A stretch of DNA of 64,000 nt from Thermodesulfobacteriota bacterium (lineage in GTDB: Bacteria > Desulfobacterota_D > UBA1144 > Nemesobacterales > Mycalebacteriaceae): assembly GCA_965226585.1 (NCBI GenBank), contig OZ245366.1, positions 1,248,001 to 1,312,000 of the forward strand, read 5' to 3'. The notes below the pieces were generated by a model, which worked only from the letters and a program-made list of their open reading frames with translations, ran no database searches and was not told the origin of the DNA. The position numbers were made by a program, and so were the translations under genes. Shown piece after piece: positions 27,918-37,971 of this stretch. Positions within the stretch are counted from its first letter, which is position 1; each line of letters starts with the position of its first letter.

Positions 27918-29237
27918 TTAGAAACGTCTCCTGCGGCGTCCGGCTTGCGCTCCGCCCCGGCTGCCTCCCGCCCCTGAAAACGATTCGTAGTTGCGTGTGA
28001 TGACAAACGACTGAACCCTCTGCATAAAATCAAGCGTTACCCCGATGATAATCAGAAGCGAAGTGCCGCCGAAGTAGAAAGGCAGATTGAACGGGTCTCT
28101 CTGGAGAAAGCTGGGAAGCACGCAGACGGCAACAAGGTATATGGAACCGATAAGCGTTATCCTGTTGAGAATTGTGCCAATGTATTCCGTTGTTTTCGCG
28201 CCCGGTCTGATGCCCGGAATGTTCGCGCCGCTGTTTTTTACGTTGTCTGAAAGGTCTGCGGGGTCATACACGATGCCGGTGTAGAAAAACGAGAAAAACA
28301 CTATCAGCACCGCAAACACTATGTTGTAGAAAAGAGGATTCTGAAGAACGCCCTCTGAAAGAGTTCTGACAAGCGGGTTGTCCGTTACCACAAGCAGGGT
28401 GGCGGGGAATATCAGCAGAGACGAAGCGAATATGGGCGGAATAACCCCGGACGGGTTTATCTTGAGCGGAAGGTGGGTCGCCTGTCCCTCCATCATCTTT
28501 CTGCCCACAACCTTTCGCGGATGCTGAATTGGAATCTTCCTTGAAGCCGTCTCAACAAAAACGATAACACCCATGACGATTATAAGAAAAACCGCTATTA
28601 AAAGCATTCCAAGCGCGGTTATATCGCCGCCCTGCACAAGCCGCCCCATGTTCCACAGCGCGCCCGGAGTTCCGGCAAGTATGGACATTGTGATTATCAG
28701 CGAAACGCCGTTGCCAACCCCTTTTTCCGATATCTGCTCTCCGAGCCACATAACAAGCATGGAGCCGGACGTGAGCGTCAATATCGCGCTCAGGCGGAAG
28801 CCGAGCCCCGGAGTTTCGGAAGCGCCGCCTTCAAGGGCGAGAGTCAGAACAGTCGCCTGAATAATGGATATCGGCACAGTTCCGTAGCGGGAATACTGGT
28901 TTATCTTCCTTCTGCCCGCCTGACCCTCCTCTTTCTGCATCGCTTCAAGCGAGGGAATCGCCTTCACCATAAGAGACATCAGAATTGAAGATGTGATATA
29001 GGGAATAACGCCGAGAGCGAAAATTGACGCCTGTTCAAGAGCGCCGCCCGAAAACATATTAAAAAGGTCGAAAACCGTTCCGCTCGTGCGCTCAAACAGT
29101 TCCGCAACTTGTGTCGGTGAAACCCCCGGAACCGGGATGAAAACCCCCAGTCTGTAGACGAGGATTATAAAAAGGGTGATTAGCAGCCTTTTGTTAAGTT
29201 CGGAAATGCGGGGAGCCGATGAAGAAGCCGCGCTCAT
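27918..29237 (-). CDS. secY: Preprotein translocase SecY
   Basis: SIFALGVIPYITSSI, WLGEQISEKGVGNG, IPGIRPG, FGGTSLLI. Confidence 0.98.
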   Translation of the reverse strand: MSAASSSAPRISELNKRLLITLFIILVYRLGVFIPVPGVSPTQVAELFERTSGTVFDLFNMFSGGALEQASIFALGVIPYITSSILMSLMVKAIPSLEAMQKEEGQAGRRKINQYSRYGTVPISIIQATVLTLALEGGASETPGLGFRLSAILTLTSGSMLVMWLGEQISEKGVGNGVSLIITMSILAGTPGALWNMGRLVQGGDITALGMLLIAVFLIIVMGVIVFVETASRKIPIQHPRKVVGRKMMEGQATHLPLKINPSGVIPPIFASSLLIFPATLLVVTDNPLVRTLSEGVLQNPLFYNIVFAVLIVFFSFFYTGIVYDPADLSDNVKNSGANIPGIRPGAKTTEYIGTILNRITLIGSIYLVAVCVLPSFLQRDPFNLPFYFGGTSLLIIIGVTLDFMQRVQSFVITRNYESFSGAGGSRGGAQAGRRRRRF

Positions 29238-29665
29238 ACAAACTCTACCTTGCCTCCGGATTTCTCTATCTTCTCAACGGAAACCCCGCTCGCGGCGTTC
29301 ACCACAAGGATCAGCTTTTTCTTAACCTCTCCGTTTCCGAGAAGTTTTACCGGACGTTTGCCGCTCACAAGGTTCTCTTTGACAAGCGTTTCGGAATCAA
29401 CTGTCGCGCCGTCATCAAAACGTTCAAGCGCGCTCACGTTGACGGTGTCATATACGTTTCTAAATCTGTTTTTGAAGCCCCTTTTCGGAATCCTCATTTT
29501 GAGCGGTGTCTGTCCGCCTTCAAACCAAAGGGAAACGCCTCCGCCCGTTCTGGAGCCCTGCCCCTTCTGCCCGCGCCCCGAAGTTTTGCCGCGCGAACCC
29601 GCGCCCCTGCCGACTCTGCGGCGGGATTTTGCTGAACCTGCTGGTTTGGGAAGTCTGTCTAACAC
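29234..29665 (-). CDS. rplO: 50S ribosomal protein L15
   Basis: RVGRG.GS.GKTSGRGQKGQ, FEGGQTPL..RIPKRGF. Confidence 0.97.
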   Translation of the reverse strand: MLDRLPKPAGSAKSRRRVGRGAGSRGKTSGRGQKGQGSRTGGGVSLWFEGGQTPLKMRIPKRGFKNRFRNVYDTVNVSALERFDDGATVDSETLVKENLVSGKRPVKLLGNGEVKKKLILVVNAASGVSVEKIEKSGGKVEFV

Positions 29666-29676
29666 TGTTTCTACCT

Positions 29677-30234
29677 CTAAACTCTGTAATACGGCGGAAG
29701 GTCAAGGTCTGAAACCTGCCGGTCTCTCTCCGCCGCAATGTCTTCGGGAAGGGAAAGCATGGAAAGCGCCTTCATAACCGCCGCCACAACGTTGATTGGA
29801 TTTCTTGAGCCCACAACTTTGGAAAGTATGTCGTGTATGCCCGCAAGGTCTGCGACCGCACGCACGGCTCCGCCGGAGATAACCCCGGTTCCGGGAGCGG
29901 CGGGCAGAAGCACAACACGGCTTGAAGAACTCTCGCACGTAACCTCGTGCGGTATGGTTGAGCCGCGAAGCGGAATTTTTATCAAGCTTTTGCGCGCCTT
30001 GTCCGTCCCCTTCTTAATCGCGCCCGGAACCTCGTTTGATTTGCCGAGACCATAGCCGACTATGCCATTTCCGTTGCCCACAACCGTCATCGCGGTAAAG
30101 TGGAACCTTTTTCCGCCCTTGGTAACTTTGGCGACACGCCTTATGTCCACAACCTTCTCCTCCAGTTCAAGACCGGCGGGGTCGATGTATTTAGGACTGA
30201 AACCGGAGCCGATTATACTGCTGTTAGAATTCAA
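29677..30234 (-). CDS. rpsE: 30S ribosomal protein S5
   Basis: RVAKVTKGGKRF.F, PAAPGTGVI.GG; start inferred at TTG 30234 after AGGGAG. Confidence 0.95.
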   Translation of the reverse strand: MNSNSSIIGSGFSPKYIDPAGLELEEKVVDIRRVAKVTKGGKRFHFTAMTVVGNGNGIVGYGLGKSNEVPGAIKKGTDKARKSLIKIPLRGSTIPHEVTCESSSSRVVLLPAAPGTGVISGGAVRAVADLAGIHDILSKVVGSRNPINVVAAVMKALSMLSLPEDIAAERDRQVSDLDLPPYYRV

Positions 30235-30589
30235 CGCCTTTCTCCCTGAGTCCGCTCGCAAGAGATTTAACCCTTCCGTGAAAAGGGTATCCGCCCCTGT
30301 CAAAGACCGCTTTTTTTACGCCCCCGTCAACTGAAATCTGCCCGAGGTACTCTCCAACGGCTTTCGCCTGTTCAACTTTTGAGTCGCTTTCTCCAATGCT
30401 TTTCCGTATTTCAGGCGTAAGCGATGACGCGGCAAACATGGTTTTGCCCTCAACATCGTCAACTATCTGGGCGTATATGTGCCTTGAAGATTTGAAAACG
30501 CATATTCTGGGAATCGCGGCGGTGCCGGATATAACCCTTCTTATCCGCTTGTGCCTTTTGTTTCTGAGGGCTTTTCTGTCTTTCTTCAT
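30224..30589 (-). CDS. rplR: 50S ribosomal protein L18
   Basis: PRICVFKS.RHIYAQ, VFDRGGY.FHGRV. Confidence 0.97.
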   Translation of the reverse strand: MKKDRKALRNKRHKRIRRVISGTAAIPRICVFKSSRHIYAQIVDDVEGKTMFAASSLTPEIRKSIGESDSKVEQAKAVGEYLGQISVDGGVKKAVFDRGGYPFHGRVKSLASGLREKGVEF

Positions 30590-31131
30590 TTCTTCACCCC
30601 TGACTTTCCAGCCTTGAGAATAATCCTTTCCGTTGAAAGCCGCACTCCCTTGCCTTTGTAGGAGTCCGGTTCGCGCAGTCTGCGTATCTTCGCCGCCGCT
30701 TCGCCGACAACCTGTTTGTCAATCCCTTCAAGAGTAAGTTTTGTTCCACGCGCCTCCACTTTGGCGGTAACGCCTTCAGGAAGCGGAAAGACAACCGGAT
30801 GCGAATAGCCGAGAGACATCTTGAGGGCGTCTTTTCCCGAAAGTTCCGCCTTGTATCCAGTTCCCACTATCTCAAGCGTTCTTGTGAAACCCTCCGTAAC
30901 ACCCTGAACCGAGTTTGCTATGAGCATCCTCACAAGTCCGTGATACGACCTCGCAGACCTCGCGCCATCTGTTTTCACTTTTACGGCTCCGTCTGCGACT
31001 TCAACCTGAACCCCTTGCGGAACGGAAACAGGCAGTTCGCCTTTGGGACCCTTGACGTTCACAAGTCGCCCCGTCTGACTGACGTCCACCTTCTCAGGGA
31101 GAATCACAGGTTTGTTTCCAATTCTTGACAT
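30586..31131 (-). CDS. rplF: 50S ribosomal protein L6
   Basis: MSRIGNKP, LGYSHPV, PDSYKGKG. Confidence 0.97.
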   Translation of the reverse strand: MSRIGNKPVILPEKVDVSQTGRLVNVKGPKGELPVSVPQGVQVEVADGAVKVKTDGARSARSYHGLVRMLIANSVQGVTEGFTRTLEIVGTGYKAELSGKDALKMSLGYSHPVVFPLPEGVTAKVEARGTKLTLEGIDKQVVGEAAAKIRRLREPDSYKGKGVRLSTERIILKAGKSGVKK

Positions 31132-31136
31132 ATCAA

Positions 31137-31529
31137 TCACACCACCGTGCAGATAACTTCCCCGCCCACGCCGATATTTCTCGCGTTGCGTCCGGTCATT
31201 ATGCCGTTTGAGGTTGAAAGTATAGCCGTTCCTATGCCCGTAACAACACGGGGAATTTCGTCTTTTCCTATGTACACCCTGCCGCTCGGCTTGCTAATTC
31301 TCGTTATCTCTCTGATGCTCGGAACGCCGTCTCCGGAATATTTGAGCGTAACCTTTATCTGACGGGTTACGCCTTCGCCTTCATCCGTGATTTCCGCAAT
31401 GTAGCCCTCTTCCTTGAGAACCCTCGCAATCTCCCGTTTGATGCCGGAGTGGGGAATTGAAACGTCCCCGTGCCGCGCCATAAGGGCGTTTTTAATTCTG
31501 GCAAGCATGTCCGCTATTGGATCAGTCAT
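31137..31529 (-). CDS. rpsH: 30S ribosomal protein S8
   Basis: MTDPIADML.RIKNA, ISKPS.RVY, GGEVIC. Confidence 0.97.
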   Translation of the reverse strand: MTDPIADMLARIKNALMARHGDVSIPHSGIKREIARVLKEEGYIAEITDEGEGVTRQIKVTLKYSGDGVPSIREITRISKPSGRVYIGKDEIPRVVTGIGTAILSTSNGIMTGRNARNIGVGGEVICTVV

Positions 31530-31549
31530 TTTCTTTATTTCCCGGCGGT

Positions 31550-31735
31550 TTAGAAACTCGCCTTTCTCACTCCCACAATTTCACCCCGGCTCGCGAGTTC
31601 CCTGAAACACAGACGGCAGATGCCGAATTTTCTCATAAACGCGCGGGGTCTTCCGCACAGGGAACAGCGGTTGACCTTCCTGACCGCATACTTGGGTTTC
31701 CTCATGGATTTTTCCCAAAGTGATTTTTTAGCCAT
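31550..31735 (-). CDS. rpsN: 30S ribosomal protein S14, zinc-binding type Z
   Basis: 61 aa; [21 protein letters not shown]. Confidence 0.97.
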   Translation of the reverse strand: MAKKSLWEKSMRKPKYAVRKVNRCSLCGRPRAFMRKFGICRLCFRELASRGEIVGVRKASF

Positions 31736-32308
31736 CTAAGCGTCCTCCCTGGAAAAAGGCACGCCCAGTTCCTCAAGCAGAACTCTTGCCTCGCCGTCGT
31801 TTTCCGTTGTTGTTACAAAAGTTATGTTGAGCCCCTTCACACGCGCAACTTTGCTGTAGTCAATTTCGGGGAATATGATGTGCTCTTTGATTCCGAGCGT
31901 GTAGTTGCCGTTTCCGTCAAACGATTTCTTGTTGACCCCTCTGAAGTCTCTGACTCGCGGAAGCGCGAGATTTACAAGGCGGTCGAAAAATTCGTACATC
32001 ATCGTCCCTCTCAGCGTAACGGCACAGCCGATGGGCATATCTTCACGGAGTTTGAAACCCGCTATGGATTTTTTGGATATCGTTACCGCAGGCCTCTGCC
32101 CCGCTATAAGGGCGAGTTCGGCAACCGCTTCTTCCACAACCGTTTTATTGCGTCCAGCTTCGCTCAAACGCCCCAGCCCCATGTTCAGAACTATGCGCTC
32201 AAGGCGGGGAACCCTCATCGGATTGGAGTAAGAGTTTCTCTCCATAATCCGGGGAACAACTTCCTCGTTGTATATCTTCTTCATTCTTGGTTGCGCGCCA
32301 GACATCAT
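31736..32308 (-). CDS. rplE: 50S ribosomal protein L5
   Basis: KKSIAGFKLRE, LPRVRDFRG, FDGNGNY, IFPEIDY. Confidence 0.98.
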   Translation of the reverse strand: MMSGAQPRMKKIYNEEVVPRIMERNSYSNPMRVPRLERIVLNMGLGRLSEAGRNKTVVEEAVAELALIAGQRPAVTISKKSIAGFKLREDMPIGCAVTLRGTMMYEFFDRLVNLALPRVRDFRGVNKKSFDGNGNYTLGIKEHIIFPEIDYSKVARVKGLNITFVTTTENDGEARVLLEELGVPFSREDA

Positions 32309-32625
32309 ACCTTCTTCCCCGTTTTGCGGTTCACTCTGACCTTTTTGCCGCCTTCATCCGTGTAGCCCGCTTTGACGGGGGAAGACTCCTTTGAATCGTA
32401 AAGCATCAAATTTGAGATGTGCAGACTCGCTTCCTTGTCCACTATTCCGCCTGAAGGGTTGTCGCGGGTGGGGCGCGTGTGGCGTTTCACCATGTTGAGT
32501 TTTTGCACTATCGCCCTGCTTTTTCCGGTGAGAATGCCGGCAACCGTGCCGGTTTTGCCCTTCTCCTTTCCGGAAAGCACGATAACTTCATCGCCTTTCT
32601 TTATGTGGAACTTCACGTTTGCCAC
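32305..32625 (-). CDS. rplX: 50S ribosomal protein L24
   Basis: IKKGDEV.VLSGKEKGK, GGIVDKEA.LHISN. Confidence 0.97.
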   Translation of the reverse strand: MANVKFHIKKGDEVIVLSGKEKGKTGTVAGILTGKSRAIVQKLNMVKRHTRPTRDNPSGGIVDKEASLHISNLMLYDSKESSPVKAGYTDEGGKKVRVNRKTGKKV

Positions 32626-32627
32626 CG

Positions 32628-32996
32628 CTACACAACCTCCGGGGCGAGCGATATGATTTTCATAAAGCCCTTGAATCTGAGTTCTCTCGCTATCGGTCCG
32701 AAAACCCTTGTCCCTATCGGTTCCCTGTTGTCATCTATTATCACCGCCGCGTTGTTGTCAAAACGCACGTAAGTGCCGTCAGTCCTTCTGCTCTCTTTTC
32801 TCACGCGCACAACAACCGCCTTGCACACATCGCCCTTGGAAACTCTGGAGTTCGGCATCGCCTCTTTAATGGACACCACCACCACGTCTCCCAGACGCGC
32901 AAACCTTCTTCTGGAGCCACCGAGAACCTTTATGCAGTAAAGCCTCTTTGCTCCCGTGTTGTCAGCGGAATCAAGATATGAACTTGACTGAATCAT
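32628..32996 (-). CDS. rplN: 50S ribosomal protein L14
   Basis: [32 protein letters not shown]. Confidence 0.98.
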   Translation of the reverse strand: MIQSSSYLDSADNTGAKRLYCIKVLGGSRRRFARLGDVVVVSIKEAMPNSRVSKGDVCKAVVVRVRKESRRTDGTYVRFDNNAAVIIDDNREPIGTRVFGPIARELRFKGFMKIISLAPEVV

Positions 32997-33295
32997 TCTT
33001 CCGCTCCGCCCTCACCGGCAAGCACGGGATTTGCCTTGCCAACGATTTTGCCAACTCTCCATCTCTTGGTTTTGCTCACGGGCTTTGACTCGTATATCAG
33101 TGCCTTGTCTCCAACTTCGCACTGGTTTTTTGCGTCATGAACGACGTAGCGAACCCGCTTTTTGATAGACCTGTTGTAGAGGAGGTGCTTCTTTGTTGCC
33201 ATAACGTCCACAACGGCGGTTTTGTCGGAGCCGGTTTTTACAACCGTTCCGATAAGCGAAGTAAGACGCCCTCTTTTTGACTGTTGTTCAGACAT
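32993..33295 (-). CDS. rpsQ: 30S ribosomal protein S17
   Basis: G.VV....[22 protein letters not shown]. Confidence 0.95.
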   Translation of the reverse strand: MSEQQSKRGRLTSLIGTVVKTGSDKTAVVDVMATKKHLLYNRSIKKRVRYVVHDAKNQCEVGDKALIYESKPVSKTKRWRVGKIVGKANPVLAGEGGAEE

Positions 33296-33296
33296 T

Positions 33297-33518
33297 TTAT
33301 CCTTCCGTGTTCTCCGGTTTATTCTTCCTCTCAAGTTCCGCCCTCACCGTCCGTATCCTCGCTATGTCTCTTCTGAGAATCTTTATCTTCGCAAAAGCTG
33401 TGGTCTGCTTCGTTGAGACCTGCATGCGGAGATTGAAAAGGGAGGAAGCCAGCTCGCGCTCCTTTTTGTTGAGGTCGCCGACCGTTAACTCTCTGAGTTT
33501 AGCAGGTTTTTCAGCCAT
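33297..33518 (-). CDS. rpmC: 50S ribosomal protein L29
   Basis: LFNLRMQ, RRDIARIRT; operon position. Confidence 0.95.
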   Translation of the reverse strand: MAEKPAKLRELTVGDLNKKERELASSLFNLRMQVSTKQTTAFAKIKILRRDIARIRTVRAELERKNKPENTEG

Positions 33519-33937
33519 TATACAACATCCTCGCTGCGCTCAACCGTGCGCGTTTTCAGGGGCAGTTTGTGGGAGGCGAGCCTGAAAGCCTCTTTGGCGA
33601 GACTTGTGGGAACGCCGCTCAACTCATAAAGCATCTGTCCGCGTCTCACGGGAGCCACATATTCCGACAGGTCGCCCTTTCCTTTTCCCATCCTCGTTTC
33701 GGCGGGCTTTTTCGTAAGCGGTTTGTCGGGGAATATCCGTATCCAAAGTTTCGCGCCCCTTTTCACATGGCGGGTTATTGCTATCCTCGCCGCCTCTATC
33801 TGCCTTGAAGTGAGACGCCCGTTCTCAAGCGTCTGGAGACCGAACTGACCGAAATCAATTCCGGTTCCTCTGGTCGCCGCGCCGCGTATACGCCCCTTGA
33901 ACATCTTGCGGTATTTTGTTTTTTTAGGTTGAAGCAT
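33518..33937 (-). CDS. rplP: 50S ribosomal protein L16
   Basis: [28 protein letters not shown]. Confidence 0.98.
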   Translation of the reverse strand: MLQPKKTKYRKMFKGRIRGAATRGTGIDFGQFGLQTLENGRLTSRQIEAARIAITRHVKRGAKLWIRIFPDKPLTKKPAETRMGKGKGDLSEYVAPVRRGQMLYELSGVPTSLAKEAFRLASHKLPLKTRTVERSEDVV

Positions 33938-33949
33938 TGCGTTTCACCG

Positions 33950-34597
33950 TCAGGAAGATGCCTTTTTCTCTATGATGTCTCCTTTGAATATCCAGGTCTT
34001 GATGCCGATAACCCCGTATTTGGTCTTTGCCTGAGCAAAGCCGTAGTCTATGTCCGCTCTCAATTTCGCAAGGGGGATACTGCCTTCCTTGTACCATTCT
34101 CTTCTGGCTATCTCCGCTCCGGCAAGCCGCCCCGCCGCCATAATTTTTATCCCGAGTGCGCCGGTTCTCATGGCGGATGAAATTGCCTGCTTCATCGCCC
34201 TTTTGTATGCCACCCTGCGCTCTATCTGAAGCGCGACATTTTCCGCGACCATTTGCGCGTCTGTCTCGGAACGGCGGACTTCTTTGATGTCCACAACCAT
34301 TTCCTTGCCCGTTTGCGCCTGAAGTTCCTTGCGTATTCTCTCAATCTCCTGCCCGTTGCGCCCTATGATGATTCCGGGACGAAGGGCGTGTATGACGACC
34401 TTGACCTTTTTCTGAATGACGCGCTCTATCTCAATCCGGGAAATGCCCGCCTGATAGAAATCCTTTTTGAGAAATCTCCGTATTCTGATGTCTTCGTTCA
34501 GCATTTCCGTAAAAGACGCCTTCTCCGCATACCATTTGGAGTCCCAGGTTTTCGTTATGCCTATTCTCAGACCTATTGGATTTACTTTCTGTCCCAT
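33950..34597 (-). CDS. rpsC: 30S ribosomal protein S3
   Basis: [34 protein letters not shown]. Confidence 0.98.
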   Translation of the reverse strand: MGQKVNPIGLRIGITKTWDSKWYAEKASFTEMLNEDIRIRRFLKKDFYQAGISRIEIERVIQKKVKVVIHALRPGIIIGRNGQEIERIRKELQAQTGKEMVVDIKEVRRSETDAQMVAENVALQIERRVAYKRAMKQAISSAMRTGALGIKIMAAGRLAGAEIARREWYKEGSIPLAKLRADIDYGFAQAKTKYGVIGIKTWIFKGDIIEKKASS

Positions 34598-34598
34598 A

Positions 34599-34937
34599 TT
34601 AAAGCCCCTTCCTCTCAAGCACTATTGTGATATGGCTTGTTTTTCTTTTTATCTGAAAAGCCCTTCCCATCGCCCTTGCCTTGAACCTTTTAAGAGCGGG
34701 GCCTTCATCGGCGTACGCCTCTTTAATGTAAAGTTCATCCGGCTCCGGAAAGCCCTTCTCCGAAGCATTTGCCACTGCGGACTTGAGAATTCCGGCGATA
34801 ACCGGCGCAGACCTTTTACGCAGAAGGTGAAGCACCGAGAACGCTTCCTCCACATTCCTGCCCCTTATAAGCGGAAGAACAAGGCGAACCTTGTCGGGAG
34901 ACATTCTGTAATATTTGAGAACGGATTTTGAAACCAT
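34599..34937 (-). CDS. rplV: 50S ribosomal protein L22
   Basis: [32 protein letters not shown]. Confidence 0.97.
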   Translation of the reverse strand: MVSKSVLKYYRMSPDKVRLVLPLIRGRNVEEAFSVLHLLRKRSAPVIAGILKSAVANASEKGFPEPDELYIKEAYADEGPALKRFKARAMGRAFQIKRKTSHITIVLERKGL

Positions 34938-34948
34938 TTGAAAAACCC

Positions 34949-35248
34949 CTATCTTCCCACCTTGGATTTTTTGTCTCCGCCGCCGCCGGCCGCGTGTCCC
35001 TGAAAACTTCTTGTCGGCGAAAACTCTCCGAGTTTGTGCCCTATCATGTGTTCGTTAACCGACACGGGAATAAACCTCTTGCCGTTGTGAACGGCTATTG
35101 TCAGCCCTATCATCTCAGGTATCACCATTGATGAGCGCGACCACGTTTTGATATACGCGTCGCTCTTTTTCTGCTCTTTTGCCGCGAGCACCTTCTTGAG
35201 AAGTTTCTCGTGAATAAACGGCTGTTTCTGTTTTGCGTCTTCTGTCAT
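34949..35248 (-). CDS. rpsS: 30S ribosomal protein S19
   Basis: [30 protein letters not shown]. Confidence 0.97.
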   Translation of the reverse strand: MTEDAKQKQPFIHEKLLKKVLAAKEQKKSDAYIKTWSRSSMVIPEMIGLTIAVHNGKRFIPVSVNEHMIGHKLGEFSPTRSFQGHAAGGGGDKKSKVGR

Positions 35249-35250
35249 GG

Positions 35251-36093
35251 TTAATCCATCCCGTACCCTACCCTGCGGGGCCTTACTATGTATTTGTCCG
35301 TCCTTTTGTTCTTTCTCGTTTTGTATCCGATGGTTATCCAGCCCCAGGGGGAAACGGGGTGAGGATTTCCTTTCGCGGCTTTGCCCTCTCCGCCGCCGTG
35401 AGGGTGGTCAACGGGGTTCATCGCCACTCCCCTGACGTTGGGTCTGCGCCGTCTGTGCCTGTTTCTTCCGGCTTTTCCGATTGTTACAAGTTCATGCTCT
35501 GAGTTGCCAACTTTTCCGACTGTCGCCATACATTCAAGGCTTATCATCCGTATTTCCCCTGACGGCATTTTAAGAAGCGCGCGTCCGCCCTCTTTGGCGG
35601 TTATCTGCACCGAACTTCCCGCGCTGCGGGCTATCTTGCCGCCGCCGCCCGGGCGAATCTCAACGTTGTGAACAAACACGCCCGTGGGGATATCTTTCAG
35701 TTTCAGCGCGTTGCCCGATGTAACTTCGGAACCTTCGCCCGAAAAAATTGTGTCTCCAACCGACATTCCGTCGCAGGCGATAACGTATCTTTTCTCGCCG
35801 TCTGCGTAGTGCAGAAGCGCGATTCTGGCAGATCTGTAAGGGTCGTACTCTATTGACGCGACCTTTGCGGGAACTCCGGATTTTGCTCTTTTGAAGTCAA
35901 CCTCGCGGTAGAGCCGTTTGTGCCCGCCGCCCCGGTTGTAACTTGAGATGCGTCCGCCGCTTCCTCTTCCCGCCTTGTTGGGTATGGAGGCGGTGAGCGG
36001 CTTGTGCGGGGTGGATTTCGTCACTTCGGAGAAATCTTCGCCCGTTCTGAAACGCGTTCCCGGAGATGTGGGTTTGAACTTTCTTATTCCCAT
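35251..36093 (-). CDS. rplB: 50S ribosomal protein L2
   Basis: [36 protein letters not shown]. Confidence 0.98.
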   Translation of the reverse strand: MGIRKFKPTSPGTRFRTGEDFSEVTKSTPHKPLTASIPNKAGRGSGGRISSYNRGGGHKRLYREVDFKRAKSGVPAKVASIEYDPYRSARIALLHYADGEKRYVIACDGMSVGDTIFSGEGSEVTSGNALKLKDIPTGVFVHNVEIRPGGGGKIARSAGSSVQITAKEGGRALLKMPSGEIRMISLECMATVGKVGNSEHELVTIGKAGRNRHRRRRPNVRGVAMNPVDHPHGGGEGKAAKGNPHPVSPWGWITIGYKTRKNKRTDKYIVRPRRVGYGMD

Positions 36094-36381
36094 TTATACG
36101 CCCTCAAAAATTTCTATCTTTCCCTCAATTACTTTGACATACGCCTTTTTGTAGCCGGGTCTTCTTCCCGCCGCCCCGCGCGCCCGCCTGACAGTTTTGC
36201 CGGGCATAACGGCGGTTCTAACCTTGCCGACCTTCACACCGAACGCCTTTTCAACGGAATCCTTTATCTGATGCTTGGCGGTTCTCTCGTCAACCGAGAA
36301 AACGTACCAGCCGTTTTCACGAACAGACAGACTCTTCTCCGTAACAACGGGAGACTTGATGATTTTATACGGGTCGTTCAA
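36094..36381 (-). CDS. rplW: 50S ribosomal protein L23
   Basis: PVVTEKS, K..IK..VE..FGVKV, YKKAYV. Confidence 0.96.
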   Translation of the reverse strand: MNDPYKIIKSPVVTEKSLSVRENGWYVFSVDERTAKHQIKDSVEKAFGVKVGKVRTAVMPGKTVRRARGAAGRRPGYKKAYVKVIEGKIEIFEGV

Positions 36382-37007
36382 TGCTCAAGAGCCTCCTGTA
36401 CGGACTTGACCGCATCCACGGTCATTATCACTCCGTCAAATCCCAGAGTGTCGTAAACATTCACTCCTTTGTCCGCAAGAATCTTCACTCCCGGAATATT
36501 GTTTGCCGATTTCGCGAAGTTCTCCCAGTTGCTTCCCGGAACATCCACAAAAAGCGCGCTGGAAACCCCGAAAGCCTTCATCATTTCGGCGACCTGTTTT
36601 GTCTTTATTTCGGGAAGGCTCAAGTCCTGCACAACCGTTATCGCGCCGTCACGGAACCTTGCCGAGAGGGCAGACTTGAGAGCCTGTTTTCTTACCTTGC
36701 GCGGAACTTTGAAAGACCAGTCTTTGGGTTTGGGACCGAAGGTAACTCCGCCTTTTCTCCATATAGGGGAACGGGTGGAGCCGTGCCTTGCGCGCCCTGA
36801 GTGTTTCTGCTTCCAGGGCTTCGCGCCGCCGCCTCTCACCTCGCCGCGCGTTTTGGTTGAAGCGGTTCCGCTTCTCGCCGCGGCAAGCTGCCACCTGACG
36901 ACAACCTGCATAAGGTCTTCTCTGACGGCAGACTCAAAAACATCGCCTTTGAGGTCAAGTTTGCCGACCGGAGATTTGCTCATGTCATATACTTCAACCG
37001 TCGGCAA
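36378..37007 (-). CDS. rplD: 50S ribosomal protein L4
   Basis: GTASTKTRGEV.GGG.KPWKQK..GRAR.GS.RSP, GG.TFGPKP. Confidence 0.98.
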   Translation of the reverse strand: MPTVEVYDMSKSPVGKLDLKGDVFESAVREDLMQVVVRWQLAAARSGTASTKTRGEVRGGGAKPWKQKHSGRARHGSTRSPIWRKGGVTFGPKPKDWSFKVPRKVRKQALKSALSARFRDGAITVVQDLSLPEIKTKQVAEMMKAFGVSSALFVDVPGSNWENFAKSANNIPGVKILADKGVNVYDTLGFDGVIMTVDAVKSVQEALEH

Positions 37008-37635
37008 CAGACCCGCCTCCTTTTACAGAATGTCTTATAAAAACCCCCGAACCCCTGTGCCCCGCAACGGAGCCCTTAACGGTTACAAGGTTCTTTTCCC
37101 TGTCAACCGACACAACTTTCAAACCTTGAGAAGTTACACTGCGTCCGCCCGCTCTTCCCGCCATCTTTATTCCCTTCCACACACGCGCCGGATATGACGC
37201 CTGCCCGATTGAGCCGGGTCTGCGGTGCGCCTTTCCGCCGTGCGAAGCGGGCTGTCCCGCAAATCCGTGCCTTTTAATAACGCCCGTAAAACCTTTTCCT
37301 TTTCCGGTTCCAACCACGTCAACCTTGTCTCCCTCTTTGAAAAGATCTGCGGTGAAAATGTCTCCCGGCTTTATATCTTCGCCCTCGCAACTGACTTCAA
37401 CAATACGTTTCATTGCCGGAAGCCCGGCGGCGGAGCAATGCCCGGCGGCGGCTTTATTCGGGGTAAAATCTTCCCCGTATCCGATTTGAACCGAGTTGTA
37501 GCCGTCTGTATCTTCGGTTTTTTTCTGAATCACGTAGCACGGACCCACCTCAAGAACCGTAACGGGAACAAGCACGGAGCCGTCCTGAAACACTTGAGTC
37601 ATCGCCACTTTCTTTCCTATAAGTCCGCCTATCAT
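36994..37635 (-). CDS. rplC: 50S ribosomal protein L3
   Basis: GKK..MTQVF, DGYNSVQ, KGKGF.GVIKRH.F, RRPGSIG. Confidence 0.98.
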   Translation of the reverse strand: MIGGLIGKKVAMTQVFQDGSVLVPVTVLEVGPCYVIQKKTEDTDGYNSVQIGYGEDFTPNKAAAGHCSAAGLPAMKRIVEVSCEGEDIKPGDIFTADLFKEGDKVDVVGTGKGKGFTGVIKRHGFAGQPASHGGKAHRRPGSIGQASYPARVWKGIKMAGRAGGRSVTSQGLKVVSVDREKNLVTVKGSVAGHRGSGVFIRHSVKGGGSVADG

Positions 37636-37653
37636 TTTTTCTGCCGCCGTTTG

Positions 37654-37968
37654 TTATGTCAGTTTGATGTCAACATCCACGCCTGAAGCCAAATCCAGCT
37701 TCATGAGTTCGTCAACCGTCTGGTGTGTCGGCTCAAGTATGTAGACAATACGTTTGTGAGTCCTCACCTCAAAATGCTCCCTTGAATTTTTGTTCACGTG
37801 CGGGGAACGCAGAACGCAAAACCTGCGTATGTGCGTGGGAAGCGGAAGGGGACCTGAAATTCTGGCTCCCGTTCTCTTCGCCGTGTCCGCTATCTCAAAC
37901 GCCGACTTGTCGAGGAGACGGTGGTCGAACGATTTGAGTTTGATTCTTATTTTTGAGGCAAGGTTCAT
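37654..37968 (-). CDS. rpsJ: 30S ribosomal protein S10
   Basis: [34 protein letters not shown]. Confidence 0.98.
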   Translation of the reverse strand: MNLASKIRIKLKSFDHRLLDKSAFEIADTAKRTGARISGPLPLPTHIRRFCVLRSPHVNKNSREHFEVRTHKRIVYILEPTHQTVDELMKLDLASGVDVDIKLT

Positions 37969-37971
37969 GGC

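Noticed and set aside
27893..28033. N-terminal extension of Adk in the ORF track (similar cases: rpsE, rpsQ, rpsC, uvrC, M42 peptidase)
   Set aside because: The extensions overlap neighbouring genes, and family similarity begins at downstream starts.
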